DNA of 64,000 bases from Octopus vulgaris (lineage: Eukaryota): the NCBI GenBank assembly GCA_951406725.2, contig OX597820.1, positions 4,960,001-5,024,000 of the forward strand, read 5' to 3'. Position numbers and translations under genes: made by a program. Shown here piece after piece: positions 26,987 to 39,339 of the stretch. Position 1 is the first letter of the stretch. Each line of letters begins with the position of its first letter. Under the pieces are notes generated by a model that did no database searches, was not told where the DNA came from, and was given only the letters and a program-made list of their open reading frames with translations.

Positions 26987-28394
26987 ATGGACTATGAGTC
27001 TCTAACAGACTTGTCCACGACAGATGAGGAACTGGAACAGGCAATTGCAATGAAGCTGATGGAAGAAAAGGCTGGAGTTTTCGAGTCTTTATCAGACTTG
27101 TCCGAGAAGGAGCTAGAAATGGCAGCAAGTAAATTGGAAGAAAAGCTGAGTTATACCTATGCCGGTGTAACGAAGAAGGCGGAAGAGAAAGGGGTCGAAA
27201 TGGCCAAGTTACCAAGTTACCAGAAATACATGAAAAAGGAAAGCGGTGAGGTGGAACTATCACCGACACCCAGGAGAAAAGAATGGTATGATAAGAGGAC
27301 GATTACGTACAGGGTGTTCGCAAACGAAAGGAAGAGGGTAGAAGTTGTAACCATGGAATGGATAGAGGAAGCCCTGCGAAGAACTGAGGAGGAAATAAAT
27401 TTTCTGACTCGAGGATCCAAGTACGGTACCGTAGTTGTGCATTTTAATACTGAGTCTGCAGCGAGGAAGATGGCGGCGAAGGCGGTGAAGTCAGAAAAGG
27501 TAACCCTATTACCTACGTATTTAAACAGGAGGATTACACGAATAAGGGTGGAGGGAGTGCCACCAAACGTGGAGGCAGAATGGATTGTGGCGGCTGTGAT
27601 CAGCGGCCACGAGGACGAGGTGGATATTCTCCATGCCTCGGTTAAGTCCGAGGGCTGGAGAGGCGTAACAGTGGAGCTGAACGTACAGGCAGAGACCGAG
27701 GTACTGGTGGACCTGACGGAAAGCATCAGACTGGGAGACGTGATCATGAGAGTGTGGGTGGAGGGCAGGGCTCCACGTTGTTACAAGTGTGGCCTGAGGG
27801 GTCACATAAGAGCCTTCTGCCCTCCCCCAGGGAAAGAAACGGATTCCGAACCAGAGAGAGAGAAGCAGAAACCAGAGGAGAAGGAAACAGAGGAAGAGAA
27901 TACACAGAAATGGAAGGAAGCTGGAAGTAAGAGGAAGAGAAGAATTCGTGGAAAAGAAAATAATATGGAACTCCAATCTACCCCAAAACCACCCACACCC
28001 TCTGAGTCCCACCCTATCCATGCAGACATTGAACCCACCCGCTCCCCCCAACAAGAAAACAAAAGAAAAAAAGAATACACACACACAAGAGATTGAAATC
28101 GAACCCAGGCCGTACATTTGTACTATGACTGAACAGAGGGAAGTTAAAAGTCTAATGGAAGAGTATAAACGGTATGATGTTGGAGAGACTAGGTATGCTG
28201 TGATTGAAAAGAAGAACATAGGTGAGTTTATGGGGAGGTGTGAAAGGGAGAATTGGGAGGTGAAAGATATAAGAATGAGCGATGAATTCGTGGAAAATAT
28301 GAATGAGTATTTCGGAGTAAGAATGGATATGGAATTTATTCGTATTGGCAAAGAACATTCAAGTGACTATGAAAAACAAAGGACAGGTAAGTGA
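26987..28394 (+). CDS. Gag/ORF1-like zinc-knuckle protein, copy 2 (6-bp in-frame deletion; frameshift in C/A runs near 28045-28072)
   Basis: ORF track 26882..28096 plus 27948..28394; same motifs as copy 1. Confidence 0.8.
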
Positions 28395-28741
28395 TGCTGA
28401 CGGACGGGGCCGTTGGTATCGCTTTCATTTTATCATTTTTTTCGTTTAACAATTCATGTTCATAAAGTTTAATTATAATGTTCTATGTCCCCATGTTTTG
28501 TTATGTCCGCCATTCTTCGTAGCCCCTTAGTGGGTAATAAAGAAATAGAAATTCGGCAACGAATTTTGAAGGAGTCGGTCGTGTTTTTTTACGCTCGTAA
28601 AATTCGGTAAAAAGAACAAAAGGCGTTGTTGTTGTTGTGGAAATTCTGAACGGCGTTGACGCGGTTTCGCGTTTCGCTCGTTCAGCGCGTTACACTTTTT
28701 CTGTTTTGGCGGCCGTTTTCGGTCTGTCAGACAGAAAGGAA

Positions 28742-30157
28742 ATGGACTATGAGTCTCTAACAGACTTGTCCACGACAGATGAGGAACTGGAACAGGCAAT
28801 TGCAATGAAGCTGATGGAAGAAAAGGCTGGAGTTTTCGAGTCTTTATCAGACCTGCCTACGTCTGAGAAGGAGCTAGAAATGGCAGCAAGTAAATTTGGA
28901 AGAGAAGCTGGGTTATACCTATGCCGGTGTAACGAAGAAGGCGGAAGAGAAAGGGGTCGACATGGCCAAGTTACCAAGTTACCAGAAATACATGAAAAAG
29001 GAAAGCGGTGAGGTGGAACTATCACCGACACCCAGGAGAAAAGAATGGTATGATAAGAGGACCATTATTTACAGGGTGTTCGCAAACGAAAGGAAGAGGG
29101 TAGAAGTTGTAACCATGGAATGGATAGAGGAAGCCCTGCGAAGAACTGAGGAGGAAATAAATTTTCTGACTCGAGGATCCAAGTACGGTACCGTAGTTGT
29201 GCATTTCAAAACTGAGTCTGCAGCGAGGAAGATGGCGGCGAAGGCGGTGAAGTCAGAAAAGGTAACCCTATTACCTACGTATTTAAACAGGAGGATTACA
29301 CGAATAAGGGTGGAGGGAGTGCCACCAAACGTGGAGGCAGAATGGATTGTGGCGGCTGTGATCAGCGGCCACGAGGACGAGGTGGATATTCTCCATGCCT
29401 CGGTTAAGTCCGAGGGCTGGAGAGGCGTAACAGTGGAGCTGAACGTACAGGCAGAGACCGAGGTACTGGTGGACCTGACGGAAAGCATCAGACTGGGAGA
29501 CGTGATCATGAGAGTGTGGGTGGAGGGCAGGGCTCCACGTTGTTACAAGTGTGGCCTGAGGGGTCACATAAGAGCCTTCTGCCCTCCCTCAGGGAAAGAA
29601 ATGGATTCCGAACCAGAGAGAGAGAAGCAGAAACCAGAGGAGAAGGAAACAGAGGAAGAGAATACACAGAAATGGAAGGAAGCTGGAAGTAAGAGGAAGA
29701 GAAGAATACGTGGAAAAGAAAATAATATGGAACTCCAATCTACCCCAAAACCACCCACACCCTCTGAGTCCCACCCTATCCATGCAGACATTGAACCCAC
29801 CCGCTCCCCCCCAACAAGAAAACAAAAGAAAAAAAGAATACACACACACAAGAGATTGAAATCGAACCCAGGCCGTACATTTGTACTATGACTGAACAGA
29901 GGGAAGTTAAAAGTCTAATGGAAGAGTATAAATGGTATGATGTTGGAGAGACTAGGTATGCTGTGATTGAAAAGAAGAACATAGGTGAGTTTATGGGGAG
30001 GTGTGAAAGGGAGAATTGGGAGGTGAAAGATATAAGAATGAGCGATGAATTCGTGGAAAATATGAATGAGTATTTCGGAGTAAGAATGGATATGGAATTT
30101 ATTCGTATTGGCAAAGAACATTCAAGTGACTATGAAAAACAAAGGACAGGTAAGTGA
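28742..30157 (+). CDS. Gag/ORF1-like zinc-knuckle protein, copy 3 (+1 near 28895, -1 in A-run near 29830)
   Basis: ORF track 28637..29011, 28896..29891 and 29888..30157 together reproduce the consensus protein. Confidence 0.8.
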
Positions 30158-30310
30158 TGCTGACGGACGGGGCCGTTGGTATCGCTTTCATTTTATCATT
30201 TTTTTTCGTTTAACAATTCATTTTCATAAAGTTTAATTATAATGTTCTATGTCCCCATGTTTTGTTATGTCCGCCATTCTTCGTAGCCCCTTAGTGGGTA
30301 ATAAAGAAAT

Positions 30311-30527
30311 CAGAAACGTTAGCACGCCGGGCGAAATGCGTAGCCGTATTTCGTCTGCCGTTACGTTCTGGGTTCAAATTCCGCCGAGGTCGACTTTGCC
30401 TTTCATCCTTTCGGGGTCGATTAAATAAGTACCAGTTACGCACTGGGGTCGATATAATTGACTTAGTACCCTTGACTGTCATTGTTTGTCCCCTCTATGT
30501 TGAGCCCCTTGTGGGCAATAAAGAATT
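30311..30527 (+). mobile_element. SINE family A lacking first ~15 nt
   Basis: CAGAAACGTTAGC...GGTTCAAATTCC...GAGCCCCTTGTGGGCAATAAAGAA; matches the other family A copies in the window. Confidence 0.92.
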
Positions 30528-30618
30528 AAATATATAAACCATTGTGTATCTGAACATCTGACCATGCAATTAACAGTTCAACCATTTTGTAATGTGCGTG
30601 TGTGTAAATGTGTGTGAA

Positions 30619-30851
30619 TACGAGGGGTTTCTGGAAAGTTCCTGGTTTTAAGGGTGTCACGAAAGGCCTGATTGGAGGCCCAATATTCCAAATTCCTTTA
30701 CGGGGCTTAGAAAAACTGAAGGACCACTGCAATAAGTGTGTGAATCTGAGAGAGGGGAATAAGTTGGATACAATTATAATTAACTAATTCCTCCTCTATC
30801 TTCTTTTACCCAAAGCCAGGAACTTTTCAGCACCCCCTCCCCCCCTTCATA
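30619..30851 (+). mobile_element. Non-autonomous Tc1/mariner element (MITE)
   Basis: TIRs TA-CGAGGGGTTTCTGGAAAGTTCCTGG / CCAGGAACTTTTCAGCACCCCCTC. The internal GLEKLKDHCNKCVNLR-GE resembles a mariner transposase C-terminus. Confidence 0.75.
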
Positions 30852-30991
30852 CGTAAAATTACACGTGTTTCAATGATTTATAAAGAAAAATTAAGAATTC
30901 CTCAAAATTAATCGATATATTGTAATTGTTAGGTTCGAGGGTTCAAATCTTGCTTCAGCTTTCTTTAATGACGTTTTGAAATGTTATAGAT

Positions 30992-31217
30992 TTATTTCCT
31001 TATTGCTCACAAGGGGCCACACACAGAGGGGACAAATAAGGACAGACAAAAGGATTAAGCCGATTACATCAACCTTCAGTGCGTAACTGGTACTTATTTA
31101 ATCGACCCCGAAAGGATGAAAGGCAAAGTCAACCTCGGCGGAATTTGAACTCAGAACGGCAGACGGCATACCGCAAGGAAGTTCACCCGGCCTGCTAATG
31201 CTTCTGCCAGCTCACCG
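30992..31217 (-). mobile_element. SINE family A
   Basis: Reverse complement of near-full family A. A more degraded relative follows at ~31240-31405. Confidence 0.85.
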
Positions 31218-31532
31218 TTTTGAAATGTTATATATTATGGACTATTTACGTTCGACCCAGAGTACGATTTAAAACTGTATCTGAGGTACTTATGTTAACG
31301 CCCCGAAAAGATTAATTTCAAATCAACCGCGGTGAAACTTGAACTCAGATCGTAAAAGCAGATGAAAATTAGTTTGTCTGGCGTGCTAACGATTCTGCCA
31401 ACGCGGTGGCTTCAGTAGATACTCCTGTTAATACTGATTTTTCAGTGGACACGATATTGCTGCCCAGGTAACTAAACTCGTTGATATTAAATCTCACATT
31501 GCTAAGGCTTGGGCAGCTTGCAGAAGATGCTG

Positions 31533-31902
31533 TTGCTGTTGCTGTTGAGCGTAGTGGTCTTCGTCCAGTGGGAGAAGTCCGAAATGTGGTCCTTTGCTAT
31601 TCGTAAGACCCGCAGAAGAGAAAGCAGGTCAACCCCCGACACCGAGAGCATCGACGGATGGATGAATGCGCATCCAGGCTCAGCGGTTGCGTAGGAAGTC
31701 GGGGACAAGAAACAGGAAGAAAGAGTGAGAGAAAGTTGGAGCGAAAGAGTACAACTGGGGTCGCCACCACCCGCTACCGGAGCCTCGTGGAGCTTTAGGT
31801 ATTTTCGCTCAATAAACACACACAATGCCCGGTCTGGGAATCGAAACCGCGATTCTCCGACCGCGAATCCGCTGGCCTAACCGCTGGGCCATTGCGCCTC
31901 CT
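31533..31902 (-). mobile_element. SINE with family C head/body and a different 3' tail ending (CAGCAA)n; 15-bp TSD
   Basis: TTGCAGAAGATGCTG at 31518-31532 and 31903-31917. The head matches family C; 31533-31705 is unrelated to the other family C tails. Confidence 0.88.
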
Positions 31903-31975
31903 TTGCAGAAGATGCTGGATGCCAAGTTGAAGACCTAAAAACACTAATGGAAGATCGGGATGAACGGAGAGAGGT

Positions 31976-32559
31976 AGTCGGGCTGGCCCGGGCGCAAAAT
32001 TTTTTCGCACGAGAGTTCCGGACCCCGGTTATAAACCCATATGCATACAGCCAATCAGAGCTAATTTAATTAAATTAGTTTATCAAACTAATTTACGAGT
32101 GGCACATAACAAGTGATGGACGATAAGATAAGGAATGACCATGCTTCTTTTCTCTTTTAAGAATGCTTCTTGTTCCTGTTCCAACCATGGCAGTCTCTGC
32201 GTAGTTATTTGTGTTGTTGTTTACTTTGTAAAACAGTAAAGGGAGAGGGTTGCTAGCACATCACCCTCTACCCACATTTTCCCCATCCACATCTTTACCA
32301 TATGGGACCCTAACAAAATCCGATAACAGGTATAGATGCAAACCCATCTAATTACTTGTCTCCTTCTAAAATCAGGCAGAACTTGGCGATCGGTCGACTT
32401 ATAAGACCGCTCTTTGTCTTGAGTTTACCTGGTAGAGTGTGTTAACTTGACAACAAGGTCAAGGTGAGTTCTGATTGGCTGTATGCAAATGAGTTCATTA
32501 CTGGGGTCCGAAACTCTCGTGGTAAAAAAAATTTTGCGGCCCGGGCAATCAACCTGACT
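31976..32559. mobile_element. MITE-like element with ~85-bp imperfect terminal inverted repeats
   Basis: GCCCGGGCGCAAAATTTTTT…GCATACAGCCAATCAGAGCT (31986-32061) versus AGTTCTGATTGGCTGTATGC…AAAATTTTGCGGCCCGGGC (32468-32546). No clear TSD. Confidence 0.7.
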
Positions 32560-32586
32560 GGATGATGCCACAATAAAAAAAAAATA

Positions 32587-32800
32587 CCGGTTTCAAATTT
32601 TGGTCCAAAGCCAGTAAGTTTGAGGGGTGAGGATGGGGGTAGGGGTGGGGTTAAGTCGATTACATCGATCTCAGTGTTCAAATGGTGCTCATTTTATTGA
32701 CCGCTGAAAGAATGAAGACAAAGTCGACCTCGGTGGAAATTGAACTCAGAGCATGAAGACGGATGAAATGCCGCCAAGCATTTTGTCCGGCGCACCAACA
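32587..32800 (-). mobile_element. SINE family A variant (degraded)
   Basis: AAAGTCGACCTCGGTGGAAATTGAACTCAG core. Confidence 0.7.
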
Positions 32801-34012
32801 ATTATAGAGATTATATATTTATGAAATTATTAGAAGACTTGTGTGTTCAAGAGTTGCTGCAATCATAAAATTCCATCCAGCCATCCATAACCTTTTGCTT
32901 CAAAACATTGCTGGCCTTGTGTCCACTTCGGAAACTCAGGCCAGATTCGTAGGCACATCGGACAAAATGCTTAGCGGGATTTGTTTCGTCTTTACGTTCT
33001 GAGATCAATCCCCACCAAAATAGAATTTGCCTCCTCCTGTTGGGACCGATAATACAAGTACCAGTGGTGTACTTGGGCCTATGTAACCGACTAACCCTCT
33101 CTGCCAAAATGGCAGGCCTTGTGTCTGTAGTAGAAAAGATTATTATGTTTGTTGCTGTCATTATTTATTTGTTTGTTTGTTTGTTTGTTGTTTTCCCCGC
33201 ACGAGTCTTCCAGTGGCAACCATCTTGCTCTTGCATACATGGATATAATTTTCAGCTGCTGTTTTCTCTCATTATTGACTTTAAGGGCTTTGGGTTACCC
33301 CCCCCCCTCAGTGTATTCCTGCTGCAACCAATTTAGGTATAAGCCTTTTATTCTGGAACCTTCAGATGTCAATCGATACGGGCCCAGATGCGTTCAGTAA
33401 GCATGGTTTTGTTCGAAATGCCCTTCATAGTTGGGTCCCACTCGCCCTTGCAAATAAACAGTCCAGAGTTGAGAAAGTGGGTGAGTGACGTTAGGGAATG
33501 TACGCATGCACTTGGGCCAGCATACCTTCTCTCTTCGACGAGCTGCTACAATGAGATTCACAACAGATAAACGTGGGACCCCAAAGTACCCTGTTACCAC
33601 GCGGGAATAGGAGGCACTGTAAAAGTCATGTACCAGTCATGTACCAGTAGAGGGCAACTTAAGTCTTCATTTCCTCTGCCCCCTACAAAAGTAAGCGCAA
33701 GCTGGTGGCAGGAGCTGGCAGCAGAGAAGAGCTGAAGAGAAACAGCATGCACTGATTACAGGCATTGTTCCCCCGTCACTCCTGCAAAGGAGCCCTTCAT
33801 ACTCACCCTGCATAAAAGTACAAGCACGCATCAAGTATGTATGGACGTATGGTTCCTCTTATTATATAATAAGTATGCATGTTTGAATATACGTATGGAT
33901 GTATGTATATTATTTATATATTTATATATACATATAAGTATGAATATTCACAGATTGCGCAAACACTTTTGCTTCCTCCCTATACACACACACATACATG
34001 CATACATATATC

Positions 34013-34115
<103 letters not shown>

Positions 34116-34351
34116 ACACAAACACATACATACACATACATACCCACACACACATACGTATATACATATATATATATATATATGCAAGCACATGTATACA
34201 CACACACACCTATATACACACACACAACACACACACATATACATACATACACACCCACACACACATACACACTCATACACACATACACACACACATATAT
34301 GTATATATATATGTATATATGTATGTATATATATATATATATGTATGTATA

Positions 34352-34409
<58 letters not shown>

Positions 34410-35018
34410 TATATATATATATGTATGTATATATATATATACACGTACACACACAGATATAGGTGGGTGGGTAGTGAGACGGGTAGGTAGCTAGACAGGC
34501 TTCAAGCTTAAACGTCTCTGCTGGAAAGAAAGAGAAAAGATATCAGATATATATATATCTAGGCTGAAGCAAATATTTGACGGTGAATGCCGATCGCCAG
34601 GAAATATAGAAAGGATATGGTTATTGGCACGGACATTTCATAATAGCATGGTTATTGACACGGAACACTCCGTAACACAAAGAATTTGCTTAAATATCAT
34701 TTGTCATTAAACAAGATATTACTCTGGTTGCAATTTAATACGGTATTCTTGTGCGGAACCTTGCGTTCTTCATCGAACGAGATTTTAACAGGATTTTCAG
34801 GAAGATGGAAACGGCTATGTGCTTGAGAATGTTGACAGGTAATAGCTGATATAGAGACATCAAACGGGTGTATCTAGGAAGTTGCCGACTTTCGTAGGAG
34901 TAGAGTGGTGAGGAAGCCATAAAGAATTTGGTTCAAACACGAACAGAATTACTTTAAGGCTAAAATCAAAGAATAGCTATAGAGACGCACAATGTCGCAT
35001 GTATATATATATACATAC

Positions 35019-35074
<56 letters not shown>

Positions 35075-35246
35075 GTATATATAATGTATATATAATCGAA
35101 ATAAGCAACAAGGATATCCAAGGTAGTGTAGTACAATTGTTTCATGCTACTTCCTTTTATGAAACACTAAGTATTACATCAACCATACAAAATTCGGGTG
35201 CCTTTAATTTAAGTACCATATTAATGTGAATCTAAATTTTGCTGAA

Positions 35247-35341
<95 letters not shown>

Positions 35342-35756
35342 GTATATACATACATATACACGTAATACATACATACATAATACATACATATATATATATA
35401 TAAGTATGCAAAAATATACACGTCTATTTACATATGGGTGTTTATTTCTGTATATACGTTTATGTGTACATTTGTCGGTGTGTGGGTGGCTACCTAAGTT
35501 TCCGTGTATGAGTATAAAGTAAAGACATGTCTTCTTTTCAGATACGAGTATCAGTTATATAATGAATGTAGTTATCCCTGTATAAGGTAGCATGTACAAG
35601 GCACTTGAACTTTCATTTAAAGACACAGGTAAACATACGCACGCGCATGAATCCATATACAGCATATACACACGCGTACAGAAACACAGACATCGGACCA
35701 GGCAGAAACACTAAACTCCAATAACACTTAGAGATAACATGAAAGTCATGAGATTG

Positions 35757-35767
35757 CTATCTATCTG

Positions 35768-35858
<91 letters not shown>

Positions 35859-35863
35859 GTCTG

Positions 35864-35922
<59 letters not shown>

Positions 35923-35939
35923 GTCTATCTGTCTATCTG

Positions 35940-35990
<51 letters not shown>

Positions 35991-35999
35991 GTCTATCTG

Positions 36000-36067
<68 letters not shown>

Positions 36068-36087
36068 GCTATCTATCTATCTATCTA
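35757..36087. repeat. (CTAT)n microsatellite
   Basis: Direct inspection. Confidence 0.98.
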
Positions 36088-36425
36088 TTTGTTTGCCTCT
36101 CTCTCTCTCTCTCTCTCTCTCTCTATGTATGTATGTATTTGTAGTGTAATATATACATTCATAGAATCATGTGGTTATCACAGGAAGCTTCTCTAGCAGA
36201 TCCCGGCTATCATACCGTATTGTAATCCAGTTGGAGAAGTTTAAGGCAGAGTTCTATGCAGCAGAAATCAGATCTGATTGAATAGATTTTTACGTAAGGA
36301 GTATATGCTCCTCATGGTTTATCGGTATGTATGTATGTATGTATGTATGTATGTATGTATGTATGTATGTATGTATGTATGTATGTATGTATGTATGTAT
36401 ATATATACATACATATATACATATG

Positions 36426-36493
<68 letters not shown>

Positions 36494-36514
36494 TAGAGAG
36501 AGCGAGGGAGAGAG

Positions 36515-37216
36515 AGAGTATGCATTCGTTGGTCTCGAGAGGCTGTGGACCTGTGCCCAAAGAAATCGTGTCAGCCCAAAGAAATCGTGGTGCAGCCACG
36601 GAAGTGCAGCAACTGCATTTGAGCACGTCTTGTGCGCTTTTCGTTGATGACCAGTACCTATTTTTCTTCAGCTCTCTTCATTTCCTTTTGCAGTATTTGC
36701 CTCCAGCCTGGGCGATCATTTGCAACCTCTTCCCATCTCAGGACGTCCAGATCAAGCGATTTAATATCTCTGTTACAGACATCTTTGAAACGAGGATGAG
36801 GGCGTCCTCGTGCTATTGTGCCGGTAGCCAATTCCCCATTCAGGAGGTCTTTTGAGATCCTTCCCTCTGGCATGCGATGAACATGACCGAGTCAGAGCAA
36901 ACGACGCTGCTGGAGCAACCTATTTACGCTGGGTCTCTTGGCTCGGTCGAGAACTTCGGTGTTGATGTTGATGATTTGGTCAGTCCACTTGATGTCCAAG
37001 ATGCGTCTTAAATTGCGTCTTAAATTGCATCTTAAATTGCGAAGGTGAAAGACGTTGAGACGTCGCTCCTGTCTAGAGTCGAGTCTCCATCTCTCGCTGC
37101 CATAAAGTAGCGTACTAGGGACAACAATTTTGGTGCTTGCAGCCAGTTTTTTGTTTTCCAGACTCTCTTTGTGAGCCTGGCAAATGTGGAGGATGCTTGA
37201 CCGATTCGCCTGTTGG
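36515..37216 (-). pseudogene. RTE-clade LINE 3' remnant
   Basis: RRIGQASSTFARL, TLLYGSE, LRRILDIKW, QRRL-LGHV-RMPEGRISKDLLNGEL-G-RGRP-RFKD are RTE C-terminal motifs. Confidence 0.88.
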
Positions 37217-37425
37217 TCATACATAAATGCATACATACATACATACATACATACATACATACATACATACATACATACATACACACATACATACATACAT
37301 GCATACATACATATATACATACATACACACATACATACATACATATACATATATACGTAAATACATACATGCATACATACATACATACATACATACATAC
37401 ATACATACATACATACACACATACA

Positions 37426-37459
<34 letters not shown>

Positions 37460-37506
37460 CATACATACATACATATACATATATACGTAAATACATACAT
37501 GCATAC

Positions 37507-37537
<31 letters not shown>

Positions 37538-37945
37538 CAGACATACATATTTTGCCTGAGACGATCTATCAACATTTGATTGAGAAGAAACTTTCCGACA
37601 AAACTAACCGAATAATGACATTTCCTCGGACTCTTTGGTTTCTTCAATTAGATTTTGGCTTCATATAATATTGGCTGTTGTAACTCGGAGTTGTTATACA
37701 GAATCAATGCATACGTCCATCACACACACACACACACACACATACGCACACACACACGCGTATTCGCACACTGTGTATGTAATTTTGTGTGTGTATATAC
37801 ATATATACAAACACAAACATATATGTATGTATGTATGTATGTATGAATGAATGAATGTATGTATGTATGTATGTATGTATGTATGAATGTATGAATGTAT
37901 GTATGTATGTATGTATCTATGAATGTATGTATGTATGTATGTATG

Positions 37946-38030
<85 letters not shown>

Positions 38031-38321
38031 AAGGTACATTTTCTCAGATCTGCGTATTTGTTACAAGCTAAATAATCAGGCGGGAGGAAACGGAGTTGAT
38101 TTCGGAAGTGGGGGCCATGTTGTATGTCTTGTTTCTTCAACAGAACATACTCAAACAGGAAGTGAATATAAATGAACAATTTGTTTTTATTATTTATTTA
38201 ATGGGGATATTTATATAAATTTTTTTTTTTTGAGGCTGTGTTCTTCTTTTTCCCCTATATACAATATAACCTATATGTAGCACACACACACACACACGCA
38301 CGTACGCACACACACACACAC

Positions 38322-38357
<36 letters not shown>

Positions 38358-38440
38358 ACTAACAAATACTTTTGTATATATGCAGTGCATCTTTCTCTCT
38401 CCCCTCTCTCTCTCACTATGTGTATTTATATATATGTATA

Positions 38441-38505
<65 letters not shown>

Positions 38506-38518
38506 GTGTGTGTGTATA

Positions 38519-38601
<83 letters not shown>

Positions 38602-39041
38602 CATACATCCATCACACACACGCACACACACATATATACATGTATTTATGTATGTATGTATGCATGCATAAATATATATTTATACAGTATGAACAGAGTA
38701 ATGAAAACATGTTTTGTGTACTTTGCGCTATGGGACATACATGTGTTTCGGCAAATCGCTGCTAGATTTACGTGATTCCTGTTGAGGCACTTTTTAAATC
38801 TTGTATATTTACCTTTTCAGCGTTCTGTGTATGAACTTTGGTGGCATAAAGTTAATCTTTATGTTCAACTTTACAAGCATGCCCTGTTAAACACCGAATT
38901 CTGCCTTATTAGACTAGGGAGATCCTCTCATATAGGCACCTTGTGCATAAAGGCACACACGTTAATGTCGCACGACCTCGTGAGTACCACTGGCGATTTT
39001 TTTCCTCTGTCTTCCCTTCTCGGAATCTTTCCTTCTCCTAT

Positions 39042-39076
39042 GTTTCCGACGAAGAGCTCCGCTCAAAACGTTAAAC
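39042..39076 (+). ncRNA. Degraded hammerhead motif in a Penelope-like terminus (~38990-39176)
   Basis: GTTT-CCGACGA-A-GAGC-TCC-GCTC-AAAA-C-GTT-AAAC. Downstream GAGCGTC..AATAC and the AACT(AT)n end are shared with the 8930-9125 element. Confidence 0.5.
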
Positions 39077-39170
39077 CCTCCTTCTTCCCTTCTTTCCTGA
39101 GCGTCCAATAATACTTTATTTGTTCCACGTCCTCGCGTTGTTGTGTTTTTTTGTGCTTTCTTGTTTGGAT

Positions 39171-39232
<62 letters not shown>

Positions 39233-39339
39233 CTGCTCGCTTAGCCAGCGGGGTGGCGTCGTTCGAAGACTAAAACAATGCGAACGCATTGTGACCAGCG
39301 ATGTGTAGCAACATCTGATGGTCTGGTCGGTCACGTGAT

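Larger units (their letters stand above)
25171..30310 (+). repeat. Head-to-tail tandem array of ~1.76-kb units (1620 bp 5'-truncated, 1756 bp, 1764 bp)
   Basis: Near-identical sequence repeated three times. Both internal junctions read ...GGGTAATAAAGAAAT|AGAAATTCGGCAACG... (26790/26791 and 28546/28547). Unit 1 lacks the first 144 nt. Confidence 0.97.
25054..30528 (+). mobile_element. Composite retro-insertion: SINE-A 5' half + 3 tandem ORF1-only units + SINE-A lacking its first ~15 nt, bounded by a 15-bp target-site duplication
   Basis: AATATATAAACCATT at 25039-25053 and 30529-30543. SINE head at 25054-25169; units at 25171-26790, 26791-28546 and 28547-30310; SINE at 30311-30527. Confidence 0.88.

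Noticed and set aside
25459-30121. Antisense ORFs (176-279 aa) over the tandem units
   Set aside because: Shadows of the purine-rich sense ORF, with no motifs and inconsistent ends between copies.
25171-30310. LTR retrotransposon or endogenous retrovirus gag
   Set aside because: No TG…CA LTRs, PBS, protease or pol. The tail and 5' truncation are of non-LTR type.
25069-30411. 101-bp SINE duplication read as a simple TSD of the array
   Set aside because: About 8% divergence with subfamily-like variants is hard to reconcile with the near-identical units. Retained only as an alternative.
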